This document shows positions 25,781-40,203 of a stretch of DNA of 64,000 nucleotides, piece by piece. The stretch lies in the NCBI RefSeq assembly GCF_000143415.4, contig NW_003314418.1:180271-244270 (forward strand), read 5' to 3'. The DNA is from Selaginella moellendorffii (Eukaryota > Plantae > Lycopodiophyta). The translations under genes were made by a program, and so were the position numbers. The notes under the pieces were generated by a model. That model was not told the origin of the DNA. It worked only from the letters and a program-made list of their open reading frames with translations, and ran no database searches. Position 1 is the stretch's first letter. The number at the start of each line of letters is the position of its first letter.

Positions 25781-26916
25781 CAGCGAATGGAAATGTACAA
25801 ATTTGCAAGAATGACTGGCAATTCCCAGTTTATTTTACTTCCTTTTCAGCCATACAAGCTTATTTATGCGTTGATGCTTGCTGAAGCTGGAAAGATAAAC
25901 AAAGCTTTAAGGTTGGTAGTGATTTTTAACTGTATGCTTCGTTAACACAAGGTTTCTCTTCAAAGGTATTGCCAAGCAGTGTTGAAAACATTGAAAACAG
26001 CGGGCCATGCAGCTGATGTGTGCAAAGAAGCGGCTGTAGCCTTGGAAGAGCGTCTTCATATCCACTCTCAGGTTTGTAAGCAGACACTCGGCTTTTATAC
26101 TCACTTTCCTGTTATCCAGGGAGGCTCAATGTCAATTGTGCAACGGTTTTTTGGCAATATTGGTCTACACAAGTTGATTGGCCCTTCACCCCCGAAAGCT
26201 TCCGATAATGCTGATATTAATAACTGTCCCACAACAGCTTCTAGTAGAAGCAGTTATCACTTGCCTCGTCAGCATCAATGGAACCCATAAGTGATAATAC
26301 GAGAAGATCCAACATGCCAGCGAGAAGCATTTCTGAGACTGACTTTAGGCCTGCACAGGTAACTCGAGTTGCTCTTGTGTACCTTCCATTAAGACTTGTA
26401 TTCTTTCATCAGATCGTTAGTCCAGCAAAAGGAACGCCAAACAGAGGCGTCTTTACTTCTTTCATGCAAAGAGTGATGGGCTTCATAAAAACACCTTTGA
26501 AGGAGGTTTGTAGAAGCTTTGGAAAGAGCGCTAGCTGATTGATGGTCGGGTATGTGATGCAGGCAAAGCTTGGCGACAGCAACAAGTTTATATACGACAA
26601 GACACTGAAGCGCTGGGTTGGAGAACGAGCCGAGGCACAAGTGCCAGAGCTTCTGTTGGCTCCTCCTACGGCAAACAAGCTCATCTCGCGTGTGGAGGAG
26701 AACGGTGCTCCTCTTTCCATAGACCAAGATCAAGGTACTGTTTTGGTCATTCCCAGCACTCCAATCTCACAAGGTTTTTGCAGATATGTCGATACATTCA
26801 ACAAAGGTAGCATAACACCATCCAAGACGTCATCGGACTCTCTTCCACTGTTTGGTGTGGTGCCAAAGGCAAGTATTTCGATAAATACTAAAAATTCTAA
26901 TTATCTCATTTTTTGA
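25781..26916 (+). pseudogene. SEC16: Sec16-like (COPII/ER exit-site scaffold) 3' gene fragment with tiny introns
   Basis: Matches the plant Sec16 C-terminal motifs GNSQFILLPFQPYKLIYA.MLAE.GK, YCQAVLK, LEERL, SASMEPIS, AKLG..NKF.YD..LKRWV and RYVDTFN. GT-AG introns at 25912-25965, 26072-26119, 26359-26412 and 26506-26562. The 5' end is cut by a retroelement and there is an apparent frameshift near 26250. Confidence 0.82.
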
Positions 26917-27969
26917 AAAAACTTTTTATGGAGTCTCTTCTTGAACTATATGACAACATTAAATATCTGTACTACATTATTTAATAATCCTGCCTAAATT
27001 CAAACAAAACTGATACAAGCTATTAGTATCATAACACCACCCTTGCATTTCAAATTCTTTGTCAAGCTTGCATTTCAAATTTTCCCCCTCTTAGCCTTAT
27101 GGTTTTTTCTTAGGTTTTATTATTTGGGTTCTCTAGGGTTCGCCACTACTGGTTCATGGATCACATCTTAGGAGGCATTTTTTCTTCCTCTCTAGCACAT
27201 CCTAAGCACATATCTCTCCCACACTGTTTTGGTTTGTTTATGGCTATAGTAAGTTTTTCTTTCCTCAAAACATATGGTTTCCATTATTATAAAGAATATA
27301 CATTCATATTTTAGTATTGCTTGGTGTGAGACTATATGATAGTGTAGTGTATTTACAAGAGAGTCATCCCATACTTGTCTATAGGCATGAGAGCGCATGC
27401 CTAGAAATCTCAAAACAAAAGAACAAAGATTTACAAGAGAGAGTCATCCAAAACTGGTCTATAGGTGTACAAGTGCACGCCAAGAAATCTCAAGCTTCTT
27501 TGGAGAAACTAAAATTTGAGTTTGGCTAGGTATGAGCCCACAAGCTAGCTTAAAAAAACAAGAGACTGTGTGAGAGAGAGAGTGTTAGAAATCCTTACAT
27601 CTTTTAAGAATGAGTGTGAGACCATGCTTGTTCAAAGTTAAGTAACCCTCATTTCTTTGGTCATTTTACAAACTTGCACTTTCCAATCTGTTTCTCTCTT
27701 AATTTGACTTTGGTTTATTGTGAGCTCATATTCTTTCATCAATACATTAAATTGGGTCTTTAGTGTGCAAGTGCATGCTAGAAATTCTTTGACTTTATGT
27801 GTGCTTATTTTATGCATTTTTAATTATTTTCGCTATATATTTTCATGTTTTGTTTTCTCATGTTCACAAAAGGAGCTTTGTTTTTTAATTTCCTATTTGC
27901 TTGTCTTTTTTTTGTACTTTTTTCCTTCTATTTGTGTTTTGATATTTGTAATTTTCTTTGTTTTTCTCA

Positions 27970-28560
27970 AGTTAAAGGAGATGTAATAGAGATTGTTTGG
28001 GATAATGGAGAATCAATTGCAAAAGGAAGAATAGAATCTTTAAATGCTATTTGCATTTGTCACTGTGCTTCTTTAAGTGTTAGATGTGTTTTGCTTTGCA
28101 TTATTAAGGGGTTTAACTCGAATTACTCCCACCCTATAGGTGAGTTGGATGTTAGTGGGTTTTCTATATAGAAGCAGAATCAACTAATGTCTCCAATAGA
28201 GATATTTCCTACCAAAATCTCTTAGAGAAATACAATTGGAACACAAAGGAATAATGATAAAGATGTTATTCCACAAAAGATAGAGAGCAAAAATATTTCC
28301 AGATGCAAGAATATCCCTAATTCTAGTTGTTCTTCTATAGATATAAATGCTTGTAGTATATGGTGTAAAGCTCTTGTGAAGATAGTGGATGCTATACATG
28401 CAGTTGTGGCTGAGGGATTAGTTATTATTGTAGACCCTCAAGATGCTCTACACAACATAACTTTAGTGTGGGATTATATTGGAATCTCAATCTCTTCTTT
28501 TTTTGATGTTTCAAATAAATTAGAAATAGGTAGTCTATTTTGATGGAAATTATCCCAAAC
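27970..28560 (+). mobile_element. Possible CACTA/En-Spm TNP1-like remnant
   Basis: Two related segments, IAKGRIESLN...CHCASL..RCV and VVAEGLVIIVDPQDALHNITL, resemble TNP1-like domains; AT-rich and degenerate; no termini identified. Confidence 0.35.
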
Positions 28561-29018
28561 TCTTTTTGGTAATAGTATACCATCTAACATACTAATAAGC
28601 ACTTGCATTTCTTCTTCACATTATTGAAAGCAAAAATATACATTTATCAGATAAGCTATTAAGAAGCAACCAAGCAAATAGAAATCAAATACTAAAGATT
28701 TAACAAGTGGAGGTCCCTTGGGGACGATGGGGAATAAAAATAACAGTTAATTTAAGCATGGATAGCAATTCAAGATAAAAAATACAAGAATCAAGAATCT
28801 AGAAACTTGTATTAATAACAACCTTAAGGATAACAACATTTAGAATATAACCACTACTCAACTCAGGCTTTTTGAACATCACCATCAATTGGAGAACGGA
28901 AATGCTCATAATGAAGACACACATGACTTTATTCAACACAATTATTGATAGGCCACAATTACTTTACAACAATTTAACATAACAAGGACTCATAAAAAGA
29001 GTAGCCATAGTATGCACT

Positions 29019-32000
29019 TGTCGCAAATGTGACTTCAGGTATCGAAAGCTACATATTGGCCAATATTTACGGACACTCTTTGCTTACTGCCACGATGGCA
29101 AGAGGTCAGTATTGTTAGTTCCCTTTATTGGCCCCTTTTGTTCAAGTGTTAGTAAATTGGGCTTAGCATCTGTACTTGGCCGGATGAGCATAAGGATGGA
29201 ATTCCTAAATATCTATTTAGCCAAGCATACTTGGCCCAGCTTTTTAGTTTTTTTTTGCTCTGTCTTGCACTGGCTTGACAAAAACCCTTACGTATTGAGA
29301 TTAGTCCCTCAATATCGCTGAATGATAGCTTACTGTGTTTGCCAAACATCCTCGCTATCATGCCCTTTGTGTTAATCTCATTCCGGTCCCAAATGCTATT
29401 TATGGAAAGTGTCTAGATTTGCTCATTTGGCATATCTACAGAATATAGAGATTGGCCTAAACACAATGGTGTTCGTCTTGTGTCCAAATTCGCAATTTAA
29501 TGCCATTCCATATTTAATAAGTTTCAAACTTGTCCCAAAGACTAACTCATGATACTAAGGGAGGCTTGGGGTGAAAGCCCAAAGCATGTGTTCCTCAAGA
29601 GAAAGGGGGTGGTCTATAGGGGGTTCCAAATGTATAGTCGGGATAGTGGGTAGGTCGAGCATGGGTGACCAACCTGAGGCATAGTCTAGCTTCCGCTTGC
29701 ATGTCTATCCTTGTTTTGCATCCGGTTTGGGTCTAAGCCCAAGTTCCATTCCATTCTAGCTGGTGGAGTGCCTATGTCTTTGTGTTAAACCACCGGTATG
29801 CTGAAATAGCATCAAACTCCGTTTGGCTCCGTTTTGCATGTTGGTCTTGGCAATGGGATGCTAGTTGCTCTAGGACTATTCCAAGTCACTCCGAGCTCCT
29901 GTCCCTTCGCTTCTTGGGTTGTATGCTCAAGAGTTGCTCCATGGTCTGCTTCTGTCCCTCCTTAACTCTATACTTAGGAGTTTGACACCATTCCTTCGTT
30001 CAGTGGCCCAAGGCCCTAAACCTCAGGTTCCACACCACTATCTTATGGACACGTGGCATATGACACGTGGCACATGGAGGGTTTAGGTTCCACTTCATAG
30101 TGTTATCCTATGGTAAATCACCATAGAATAAAAACCACATGCGCTACATTTGGTATCAAAGGATATGTTTCAGCGAGTACTATCCAATGAGATTGGGTAA
30201 TTAGTCTCGTTGCATATGCAAAGATGAAACAATGATCCGAGTGGGTACACGTTTGGTGCAAAGGCTTTGGAATTGTTCCTTGGGTATGGATTTGGTTACC
30301 TTTTTGTACCGCATTGTATGAGCTTGCTTTTGGGCTCATAAGATGGATGTGAGATATTCTGTTTGCATGAGTTTACACGTAAGTGAGGCATATTAGCAAC
30401 TCGAGATTACATTTTGAGTTGGCAAGATTAATGTTAGCCTATCGGTGGTTCCATGAGTTGTTCCATGTACCATGGGTGAAAGTAAACCATCCCTAGGTTT
30501 GCTATGAGTGGCAAATAGGCTGGTCCGTAGCTATTTAGCATGGCATTAGTGGATCCTTCCTAGGTATGATCATAAATGGATCAATCAAGACTATAGGGAT
30601 AAGTCTATTGGTTCAAGTCATTATTGTTGTGCTCTCTCATAAACTTTTCTTAGATTGGACTAAAGGTAATGTGAATGCAAGCTTAAGGTTTAGTCAAAGA
30701 TGAGACCGAAAAGAGAGTTGTTGAGGATGAAGGATCAAATATATAAATCATTTTCTCTTCTTGGAGAGATGATTTGCAACGAGGTGTTAACTCATTGCTT
30801 GTGTTCACATCATGCAATCAAAAGTCTTTATCTTGATGCATGTTGGAGATGATGGTCTTACAATAGTGAGTTGTGGGATGGATAGCGGTGAAGTGTTGAA
30901 CCATTTTGTTTAGGCTTGCTATTGAAGATTTGAATTGCAATGCTCAATTCTTTTCCGGGGAACCTTGCTATTGCTCCTTGTGTAGCTTGGTGTTTGATTA
31001 GTTTTGAGTTTGGTCAGATAGAGAGTGGCATGATCTTGTTCATGTTGTGAATAAAAGTTAGTGGTGTTGGGTGTTGTAAATCTCTATCGGTGGAATGTGG
31101 CATTATGTTATATTTTGTCGAGTTGAGTTGACACTTGATACTCACATAAACCTTTGTAGTAGTGACATGTGCATTACTCATAGTGTTGCTCAATTGATGA
31201 TCAAATCACTGTGATTTCTATATCATATCCATGTGATAATGAGTAATATGTTTACGAAATTGCTTGGTTAAATGATAATCAACCCAAAAATGGTTGATAG
31301 TGAAGCTAGTTTACTTGCACGGAGTAGCATTGTAGTAATTTTGACTGAATTCTCAATGGTGGTCCATTACACTAAGGTTAAGTTGGTACCTTGTTTCCTA
31401 GGGAGTTTGCCCATTAAGGTGTTGGAAAAGGTTATAACATTCACTTGCTATGGCTTGTCGATTTATCCATTAACACTTCAAGTAAATTATTTGATAGAGA
31501 AGGTGTATAGTTGAGGCATTGACATTGCTAGCACTAGTGGAGATGATATTATTATTACGAGTGATGAGGAATTTTCCTTGTTACTTGATTTTCCATATTA
31601 TTTTTCTTGTTAATATTTTGGCTTCACATTGGATCTTGAAGGTGGTTGAAGAAGAGTATTAGTGCAATGTGGATATCCAAAGATGTGGTCATCGTGATCA
31701 GCCTTGGATATTCACTTCACATTTTGTAGATGTCAGTGTTGAATATCGAAAAAATGGGCAAAGATGTTTGAGGCTTAAGCATATTATGGGTCATAAGAAT
31801 CGGTGTTGAAGTGAACCTATGTGAAGTTGTAAATAGGAGGAAGTTGGTTGAGTTTTGAAAGTTTGTATTCTTGGACTGAGAGTCATTATTTCTCTAGAAT
31901 GGAAAATTTTCCACAAATTTTCTTAGACTTCTCCAATAGTTGATCTGTTGATCATTTTGCCCGAAAACCATTTCATTTTCATAAGCCAATACAAACTAGT

Positions 32001-35000
32001 GAAGAGGTTGAAGTTGACTTTGGTTAGCTTAAACCTTAGTAGATAGTTTGTATGAACTTTTGGGGCTAAAGCAATTGAGTTGGATAAAGTCTGGAGTTGG
32101 TATAGAAAAGTGGCCATTGCACTTTTCTAAGAAGGGTGACCCTTGTGCCTTTCTTTTGTAGTGTCATGCTCGGTGGCAAGTTGTACTTTACATTTCGTTA
32201 AGACTCTATGAGAGTAGTAAACTCTTACTGATCTTGACTTAGTCTTGGTAGCTTTGCGCTTTGGCTGAGGATGGTGATATCCAACTTAGTTGTTTGAGTT
32301 TGAGATATTAATACCTGTACTATAGCTTTATCTATGAGGAGGTTGTGTACCGATATGAGTCTATCTCATGGTCCTCACTTTAGTTTTGACTAAGTGTTGA
32401 TCATGTATAACTAGCCTCTTCAAGGCATGCTCAGAGTTATTGGCTAAATGTGTTGGTGGGCTTATTACAATTGAGTTGGATTCGAGTGGTCATTTAGTTT
32501 GTGCTTGTCCATGAATCTTTATCTCATATATGGGGTATCACGTTCATATTGGACAAGTATATGGCTTGATGGCACAAGTTTAGTGTTTGGGTCTTGTGAA
32601 GGTAAGTTGGAGAGTGACTGTTAGTTGCTTTGCGACTAGTGATTGCTTGTAGACTTCATCGATGACTATTTGACACTTGCTTCGCTTGATGATGATTTAG
32701 CAGTGATGGGTTTGCTTTACTAGATGGTGTTGCAGAGGATCATGTCGTTAGACTTATATGGTTTTTCCATGTTAGTATATCGATTCTACCTTTGTCGATG
32801 TCATTTAGTTGTATTTAGTCCGTGGTATTGGATTTTATTGAGTCTTGGATGTGGTGAATCACTCCTTGATGATGTGTTATTTGTACCTGAGTAATGTTGA
32901 AGAATTAGTCTTGGATACTAAGTATAGTATTTTAAAGAGTTTTGAGTGGTGATTCACTCTTGTTTTCTTTTAGGTTTGTTATGGTGTTGATAGCATTGAA
33001 GTGATGCCTTGTCATTGATATTATTGATGTTGAAATTCAAGTGAGATGAAATGTCTATCCTTAGGATTGATATTGAGTTTCATTACTCTCGATAGAGATA
33101 GTGTTGATAATTTAGTTGTAACTTTGTGTTATTAGCATTCGCGCATTTGCTACTTAGCAACTATGTTAACATTCAAATGAACTAAGTGGCATGAGTTAGT
33201 TATGTTCTAGACAAGATTATTTAATAGGGGTTGAGCTTTGGCTTTTCCTTGAAAAATGATTCAGTCGTGGACTATGCTAAGTCTACAAGTGGAAGAGTTA
33301 GTGATCGATATTGGAGTGTTTGAATCCTTATTAGATTTGAGTTGGAATATATCGATCATTGATGATTCTTCTTATGTTTGTTATGAAGTGAGTTACATTT
33401 TGCTATAGATGGGTTTGTGGAGGATCATTTGGTGATCACTTATTGAGCATAATTTCATTATGTTTGGGTTTTGGATTGATGCAAATATGCTCTTCATTAG
33501 CTTTGGCATTATGAAGTTTAGCTTATGGATGTGTTGAGGAGAATATTATGGATTGTACCATGATTTTTTATTTAGCATTGAAGTTGGTTTATGTGAAACT
33601 CGTGATTATTATTAAGAAAAACTTGGCTATAAACTTCTTCAAACTTTTGGTTCCTTGAGTTTTTATGCTTGTGATCCATTTATTAGAAGTTGTTGGGGAA
33701 GGCATTTTGGCTTGTTAGCTTCGATGTTGAAGTTAGTATTTGCATCTAGCAATCATTGGTCATGATTGACTATCATCTAAGATAGTTGATTATCCTTATT
33801 AAAGGTTTTTCTTGATTGTTGTTGATTAGAATGATTTGCTATTCTTCAGGATGGTGGATTTTTCCTTCATTAATGATTATGCATCTCTTTATTGATGGGA
33901 TGATTGATGATCTTTCATGATGATTAGTTGTTCTTTTTTATGGCTTTTGGCTTTTCGCAATACTACATGATCTTTATGGTTTGCTTTGGATTAGTCTCTT
34001 GGGTTTAAGACATCCGTAGGATGTTGCTGATACTTGCTTAGGCAACTTGAGTTCCTTAGTGTGTTGGGATCTATTTAGATTGGCTAGTGCGATGGTTGGT
34101 ATGAATGCTATGTTTGTTGATCTTGCAACATTCATTCTATTATGTTGATCATTGCTTGAGTTAATTTTGATAGATTGGGATGTTATTTCCTTTGGGTGAT
34201 ACATTCACAAGCATTGTGCTTGTCAATCAATGATACTTTGTGTTCTTTGAGTTAACTATCTTTAGTAAATTGTTTGGCTTACTATCTATCATCTTTGGTA
34301 GTTAAGTTTCATCATTGAGTTTTCTTAATGATATACTTGCTATTGAATTTTGTTGGCTGGTCAATCTTATGTTTCTAAAAATGATGATCTTAGTGGTTCC
34401 TACACTATCATACTAGTTTATCATATGATAACTTACTTGGAATACTTTTGTATTCTAATCTAAGATTTATTCACTGGTAATTAAGACTCTAAGATATCAA
34501 TGTTTATAACTTTGATATTGTTCATCTATTGATCTTTGAGTTTGGGCTAGTATAAGCAGTCTAGCTTCGACACTTCGTGTGCATGGTGAAATATTTAGTC
34601 ATAGGGTAGCTACTATCGATTGGTCACATAACCCGCCTCTTTGTCGATGTTCCTTATACCGTTAAAAGGGCGTGACCGTGTAAACAACTCTAACTACCTG
34701 TTTACAGTAGTCTATATAAACCTTACCGATGGGTTTTGTATTTTTGCTCAGGAGGGTTGGGGCCTCTGGCTTCTCTCTTTATATCCCTGCAAGCAGGGGC
34801 GTATGACACTTTTGTAAGCTAGGTGACACCCAGAGTAGCAAGGGTGGCTAAACTCATTTAAGTTGGTGCATTTCTCACATAGTGTGAATACCGTGAACTT
34901 TTTCTGGAATTGTTTCCTTGGCGGTATTTTAGACACAAGTATGCATCGACGAGGACGTCGATCTTCCCTAAGGGGGGAGAGTGTCGCGAATGTGACTTCG

Positions 35001-36076
35001 GGTATTGAAAGATACCTGTCGGCCAATTCTTACAAACACTTTTTGCTTACTGCCACGATGGCAGGAGGTCGGTATTGCCGGTTCCCTTTATTGGCCCCTC
35101 TTGTTCAAGTGTTAGTAAATTGAGCTTAGCATCTGTACTTAGCCGGATGAGCATAAAGACAGAATTCCTAAATATCTATTTAACTAAGCATACTTGGCCC
35201 GGCTTTTTAGTTCTCTTTTGCTCTATCTTGCACTAGTTTGACAAAAACCTCGCGTATTGAGATTAGGCCCTCAATATCGCTGGATGATAACTTATCATGT
35301 CTACCAAACACCCTCGCTATCATGCTTTTTGTGTTAATCTCATTCCAGTCTTAAATGCTATTTATGGAAAGTGTTTAGAGTTGCTCATTTGGCATATCTA
35401 CAGAATGTAGAGATTAGCTTGAACACAATGGTGTTCGCAATCTAGAGCCATTCCATATTTAGTAAGTTTGGAGCTTGTCCCAGAAACTAACTCATGATAC
35501 TAAGGAAGGCTTGGGGTGAAAGCCCAAAGCATGTGTTCCTCAAGGGGGGGGGGGGTCTATGGGGGGTTCCTAAGGATAGTGGGTACGTCGAACATGGCTG
35601 ACCAACTGACCAACCTGAGGTCTCCCGCTTGTATGTCTGTCCTTGTTCTACATCCGGCTTGGGTCTAAGCCCAAGTTCCATTCCATGCTAGTTGGTGGAG
35701 TACCTATGTCCTTGAGTTAGGCCACCAGTATGCCGAAATAGCGCCAGACTCCATTTAGCTCTGTTTTGCATGCTGGTCCTGGCAATGGGATGCTGGTTGC
35801 TCTAGGACTGTTCCAAGTCGCTCCGGGCTTTTGTTCCTTTGCTTCTTGGGCTGTATGCTCAAGAGTTGCTCTATGGTCCGGTTCCATCCCTCCTTGGCTC
35901 CATGCTTGGGAGTTTGGCACCTAGTGGCCCAAGGCCTTAAACCTTGGGTTCCACACCACTGTCTTATGGACACGTGGTATGTGACATGTGGCATATGGAG
36001 GGTTTAAATTCCACTTCATAGTGTTATCCTATGGTAAATCACCATAGGATAAAAGGTAAAAACCACATGCGCTACA
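29019..36076 (+). mobile_element. Non-autonomous large LTR element (family B, LARD-like)
   Basis: LTRs at 29019-30148 and 34982-36076; PBS TTTGGTATCAAAG at 30149; PPT aggggggagag before 34982; near-TSD GCACT/ACACT; 4.8-kb T/G-rich internal region without ORFs. Confidence 0.9.
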
Positions 36077-39000
36077 ACACTCTTGTTCGATCCCAAAGTT
36101 GGCAAGAAACAACTTTGTTGAAGACTGATCAACTTTACCGAGCTTAGTATATCGTAGCAACATAAATACCACCACATAACATTGTGTTAGTTTACACCAC
36201 ATGATTCTACAACTACACAATATTTCCTTGAAAAGAACACAACAAACCAAAAACAACAACAACAAAACCAAAAAAGCAAATTCAAAAAAATGATAACTCA
36301 AGAAAACTCTAGCACAACATCTAATGTACAAACACAACCCTGATCCACTCAAGAACAAGAGCAAGATCAAATACAACAAATACGAGAAGAGAAGAAACAA
36401 CTCTAGCAAAAATTAGAAGTAGGCAAGCAATAAAAGACTCAAGCTTAAATTGAAATCCTTAAAACTATATTCAAGGCTTTCAACAAAACGACCCAAGCCA
36501 CACAAGTTGGCAAACCAAGCAACATCAACACAACTAATGCCAAGGAAGACACAATCAACCAAAATTTAGACTTAGATCAAGATTTACCACCACTCAAAAC
36601 TCATGATTACGAAGATTACAACACCAACAACTTTCAGTCTTATCCAGCTTCTCCAGAAACTAAACCATCACCAACAGTAGAAAGATGGCACTCATCAACC
36701 CAGCAACACCCTATGGCATCATTATTATATATCCAATCTTCACTGGTAGCAAAACTAAAGATGCAAAAAGACATTTTCAGCAATTCAACCAAATTATGTA
36801 AGTAAATTAGCAAGAAGACAATAAAGAATTTCTATTCCCTTTCACACTTAAAAGAAAAGCATTAGAATGGTATTATAATCTTGATGAAAAAACTTAAGTT
36901 TCAAAAAAAAGTTAAGCAATTCAAAGAGAAGTACCAACCTAGTGGCACAACAACTAAATACCTACAACATCTCAATAGCATCAAACAAGGCAATAAAGAA
37001 GATATCAAAGACTATACCCGAAGATTCAAATATCATGCAAAGTGCTACAAAAATCTACTCACTAAACAAGGTAAGTATATTTGGTATGTCTAGGGATTAA
37101 AGTAGATATACTAGCAAATGGTTGCTCTCACAAGTACGGAAGAAGATCTAAATGTCGAGACCTCTATTGACAATATTTCCAAGAAAATCAACAACCTCAA
37201 GAAATAGCTTTGAAAATTTTTAAGAGTAGAAACAACAAAAACAAACGACTCTACAAACTCAAAGTCATGAAGAAAGACAAGAATCAAGAACTTACCAAAA
37301 TACTCAAGAAAGTTACAATCAAAAATAAACTTAAAGAAGGAATATGGTGTACGAAATGTAAGAACAAAAGACACATTCTAACAAAGTGTAAACTACTGAA
37401 TCCTAGGTGTTAGATTTGTGAAAAAGAAGGATATATAGCAAAGATTTGTCAATACAAAAGAGCAACTGAAGTCATATGAATTAAGAATATAACTTGAACT
37501 CCTACACCAAGTAAAAGACATTACAATCAACCCAGACAACAACTATAGCAATGGTAGCTGAACTACCAAAATGAAGGTATATATAATCCTAACCCTAGAT
37601 ACCATTGACAATACAACAATGGCAACCAAGACAATCAGTATCAACAACCATACCAACAGGCTTATCAACAACCTTATCGAGACAACCAACAATGGAGACC
37701 ACCACCTTGGCAAAAAAATTATCAACAACAGTACCACAACAATCAACAATGGAGACCACCTCTGCAATAACTAAACTATCAATAGTAAAATCAACAATAT
37801 GATCCACCACTTAGAGTATTTCCTCGCAACAACTATCAATAGCAACCTCAAACTCAAGAAATCTAACCCCAATACCAACAAAAACAAAATCAAGGTAATC
37901 GACCTTGTCAGCAAGATCAGCAACTCTTACCTCAGGTTCATCTTCAAAGTGTTCATCTTCAATTTAGTCGATGTTGACATTTCTTGTTGTTGGAGGAGGT
38001 TTTCGATGCTCTAACTCAAAGTCAGAAAAAACACTACACTCCTGAAGATGACCTTGAGGAAAAGTCAAAGAACAAAAACTCCAAGACAAAGTGCAAGAAA
38101 TCTCAAGGCACGAATGGCAACAAAGCAAGGAACTAATCAACACAATTCAGCAAACCCTTCAACAACAATCTAAAGTTGAAGATGATTAAGAAATTGTGAC
38201 TAAAACTTTGTCAAAATAAGAGGAACAACCAAAGCCCATCACCAACATTCTTTAATAAGGTATCACACTTACCCTTCTAGAACTTTCACAAGTAACTTCG
38301 TACTTGAGAAAACAACTTCTCAAGATATTGCAAGCTTCTTCACCAAAAAACATTAGCTCAAGTCAAGAAAAAAACCAACAACTCATCCTATAAGGCAAAC
38401 ATCCAATCTAGCGACTATGGTGAAGATGTACTATGCATCCCAATCATGATAGGAAAGAACAAAGTTATATATGTAATTATCAACGGCAGAACAAATGTCA
38501 ACATTATTGAGTATTCAATTTGCAAAGCAATGGGACTTGGACCAATCCACTCTACACCCTTCAATGTCAAGATGGCCGACAACCAGAGTGTACATCCATC
38601 AGGAATCGTGCACAACATTCCTATCAAGATTAAAAATCAAGAATTTAAAGTAACTTTCATCGTACTCAAGATGGCGAAAGACCAAAGCTGCTACAAAGTA
38701 CTCCTCAAACAAACTTGGCTCAAAACAATAAATACCATCACCTTTGGAGGACATAAAGATGCTCCACAACTATCTACCAATATTATAAAGAAGATTGCAA
38801 AGAAATTTTAACTAACCACAATCAAACAATATGACTAGAATGAAGAACTCGACAGCTATGAAGAAGCTCAAATTCTTAAGGCATACCCGAATTAAAAACA
38901 CTAATCTAAGTCAATCTCAACCAAATCATCCTGAAGAAAACAAACAATCAAGATCCTCAACTTCAAAATGAAGATTTCCAACACCAAGATTTGAAAGAAA

Positions 39001-39562
39001 AGACAACATTAGCACACATGAAAAAACAACAAGAACATTCAAGCATTAAACTTGAATAGTTTAAACTGACGCATCAACAAATTCCACTCCAAGAACAACC
39101 AGGTCTACAACAAGAAGGATCATGACTTACACCAATACTCAACCTTGAAGAACTAGCTCAAGAAATTAACCTTGGAACATCTGAAGAACCAAAATAACTT
39201 CACATTGCCCAAGAACTTAATGAAGATTTTAAAGCAAAAGCAACCCAACTACTTAACACTTATCAAGATGTTTTCACCTGGTCCTAGACTGACTTACAAG
39301 GAATTCCATCTGAACTTTACACACACCGGATTGAACTTCAATCACAAGTGGTACCAACAAAGCAATCAGCCTACCGAATGAATCCCAACATACAAACCAA
39401 AGTCAAAGAAAAGCTTGACAAACTCGAAAATGTTGGATTCATCTTCCCAATTCAAAATCCAAAATGGCTATCACCACTAATCATTGTCCCCAAGAAGAAC
39501 AACAAGCTTAGGACTTGTGTTAATTATAAAAAGCTCAACAATACAACTTAAAAGGACACTTT

Positions 39563-40203
39563 TGTAAGCAACCAAAGGGAAAAACTCAAAAAATGATCCA
39601 TGGGGTTTAAATATAAAGGGAAAGGGCCCATAAACAAGAGTGCACCCCCTTTTCCAATTGGTTAAGGGTCTTGGGATATTTAGGGTTAAGCGTTCTTGGG
39701 TTTGAATAGTACTGGGCTGGGTGACCTCCCGGGAAGTCCAAATTCATGAGCTTACATTTAGTATTAGAGGGGTCTCGAGTCTGACTCTATTTATTGGCTA
39801 AGGGAATCACACCACATGTTGATTGACATCTGGCTGGTCCAATTTGCTCCCGCTGGGCTCGACCCAAGGGGTAGGGTGATTGACATCTAGCTGGTCCAGT
39901 TTGCTCTTGTTGGGCTCGACCCGAGGGGTAGGGTGTCAAGAGAGTGGGGCTCTCAGGAGAGCTGCAGCTCTCAGCTTCTGTTCACAAGGGTGTAAACTTG
40001 CAAAGAAGTGTAGTGGATTGTAAGCAACCAAAGGGAAAGACTCAAGAAACGATCCATGGGGTTCAAATATAGAGGGAAAGGGCCCATGAACAAGAGTGCA
40101 CCCTCTTTTCCAATTGGTTAAAGGTCTTGGGATATTTAGGGTTAAACGTCCTTGGGTTTAAGTAGTACTGGGTTGGGTGACCTCCTGAATTCATAAGCTT
40201 ACA
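39563..40203 (+). mobile_element. Cassandra-type TRIM, copy 1, inserted in the RT of element C
   Basis: LTRs at 39563-39756 and 40019-40203; perfect TSD ACTTT; degenerate tRNA-Met PBS; LTRs contain a 5S rRNA A-box/IE/C-box-like segment. Confidence 0.9.
39684..39739 (+). promoter_or_regulatory. 5S rRNA-derived Pol III internal promoter in the Cassandra LTR
   Basis: GGTTAAGCGTTCTTGGGTTTGAATAGTACTGGGCTGGGTGACCTCCCGGGAAGTCC, compared with plant 5S AGTTAAGCGTGCTTGGGCGAGAGTAGTACTAGGATGGGTGACCTCCTGGGAAGTCC. Confidence 0.88.

Noticed and set aside
27720-27986. Hydrophobic 'membrane protein' ORFs, also at 36029-36409 and 61752-62189
   Set aside because: Explained by T-rich composition or by the antisense strand of A-rich TE sequence.
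39684-39739. Genuine 5S rRNA gene
   Set aside because: Only ~56 nt of the internal control region, embedded in TRIM LTRs; the 5' part and terminator are absent.
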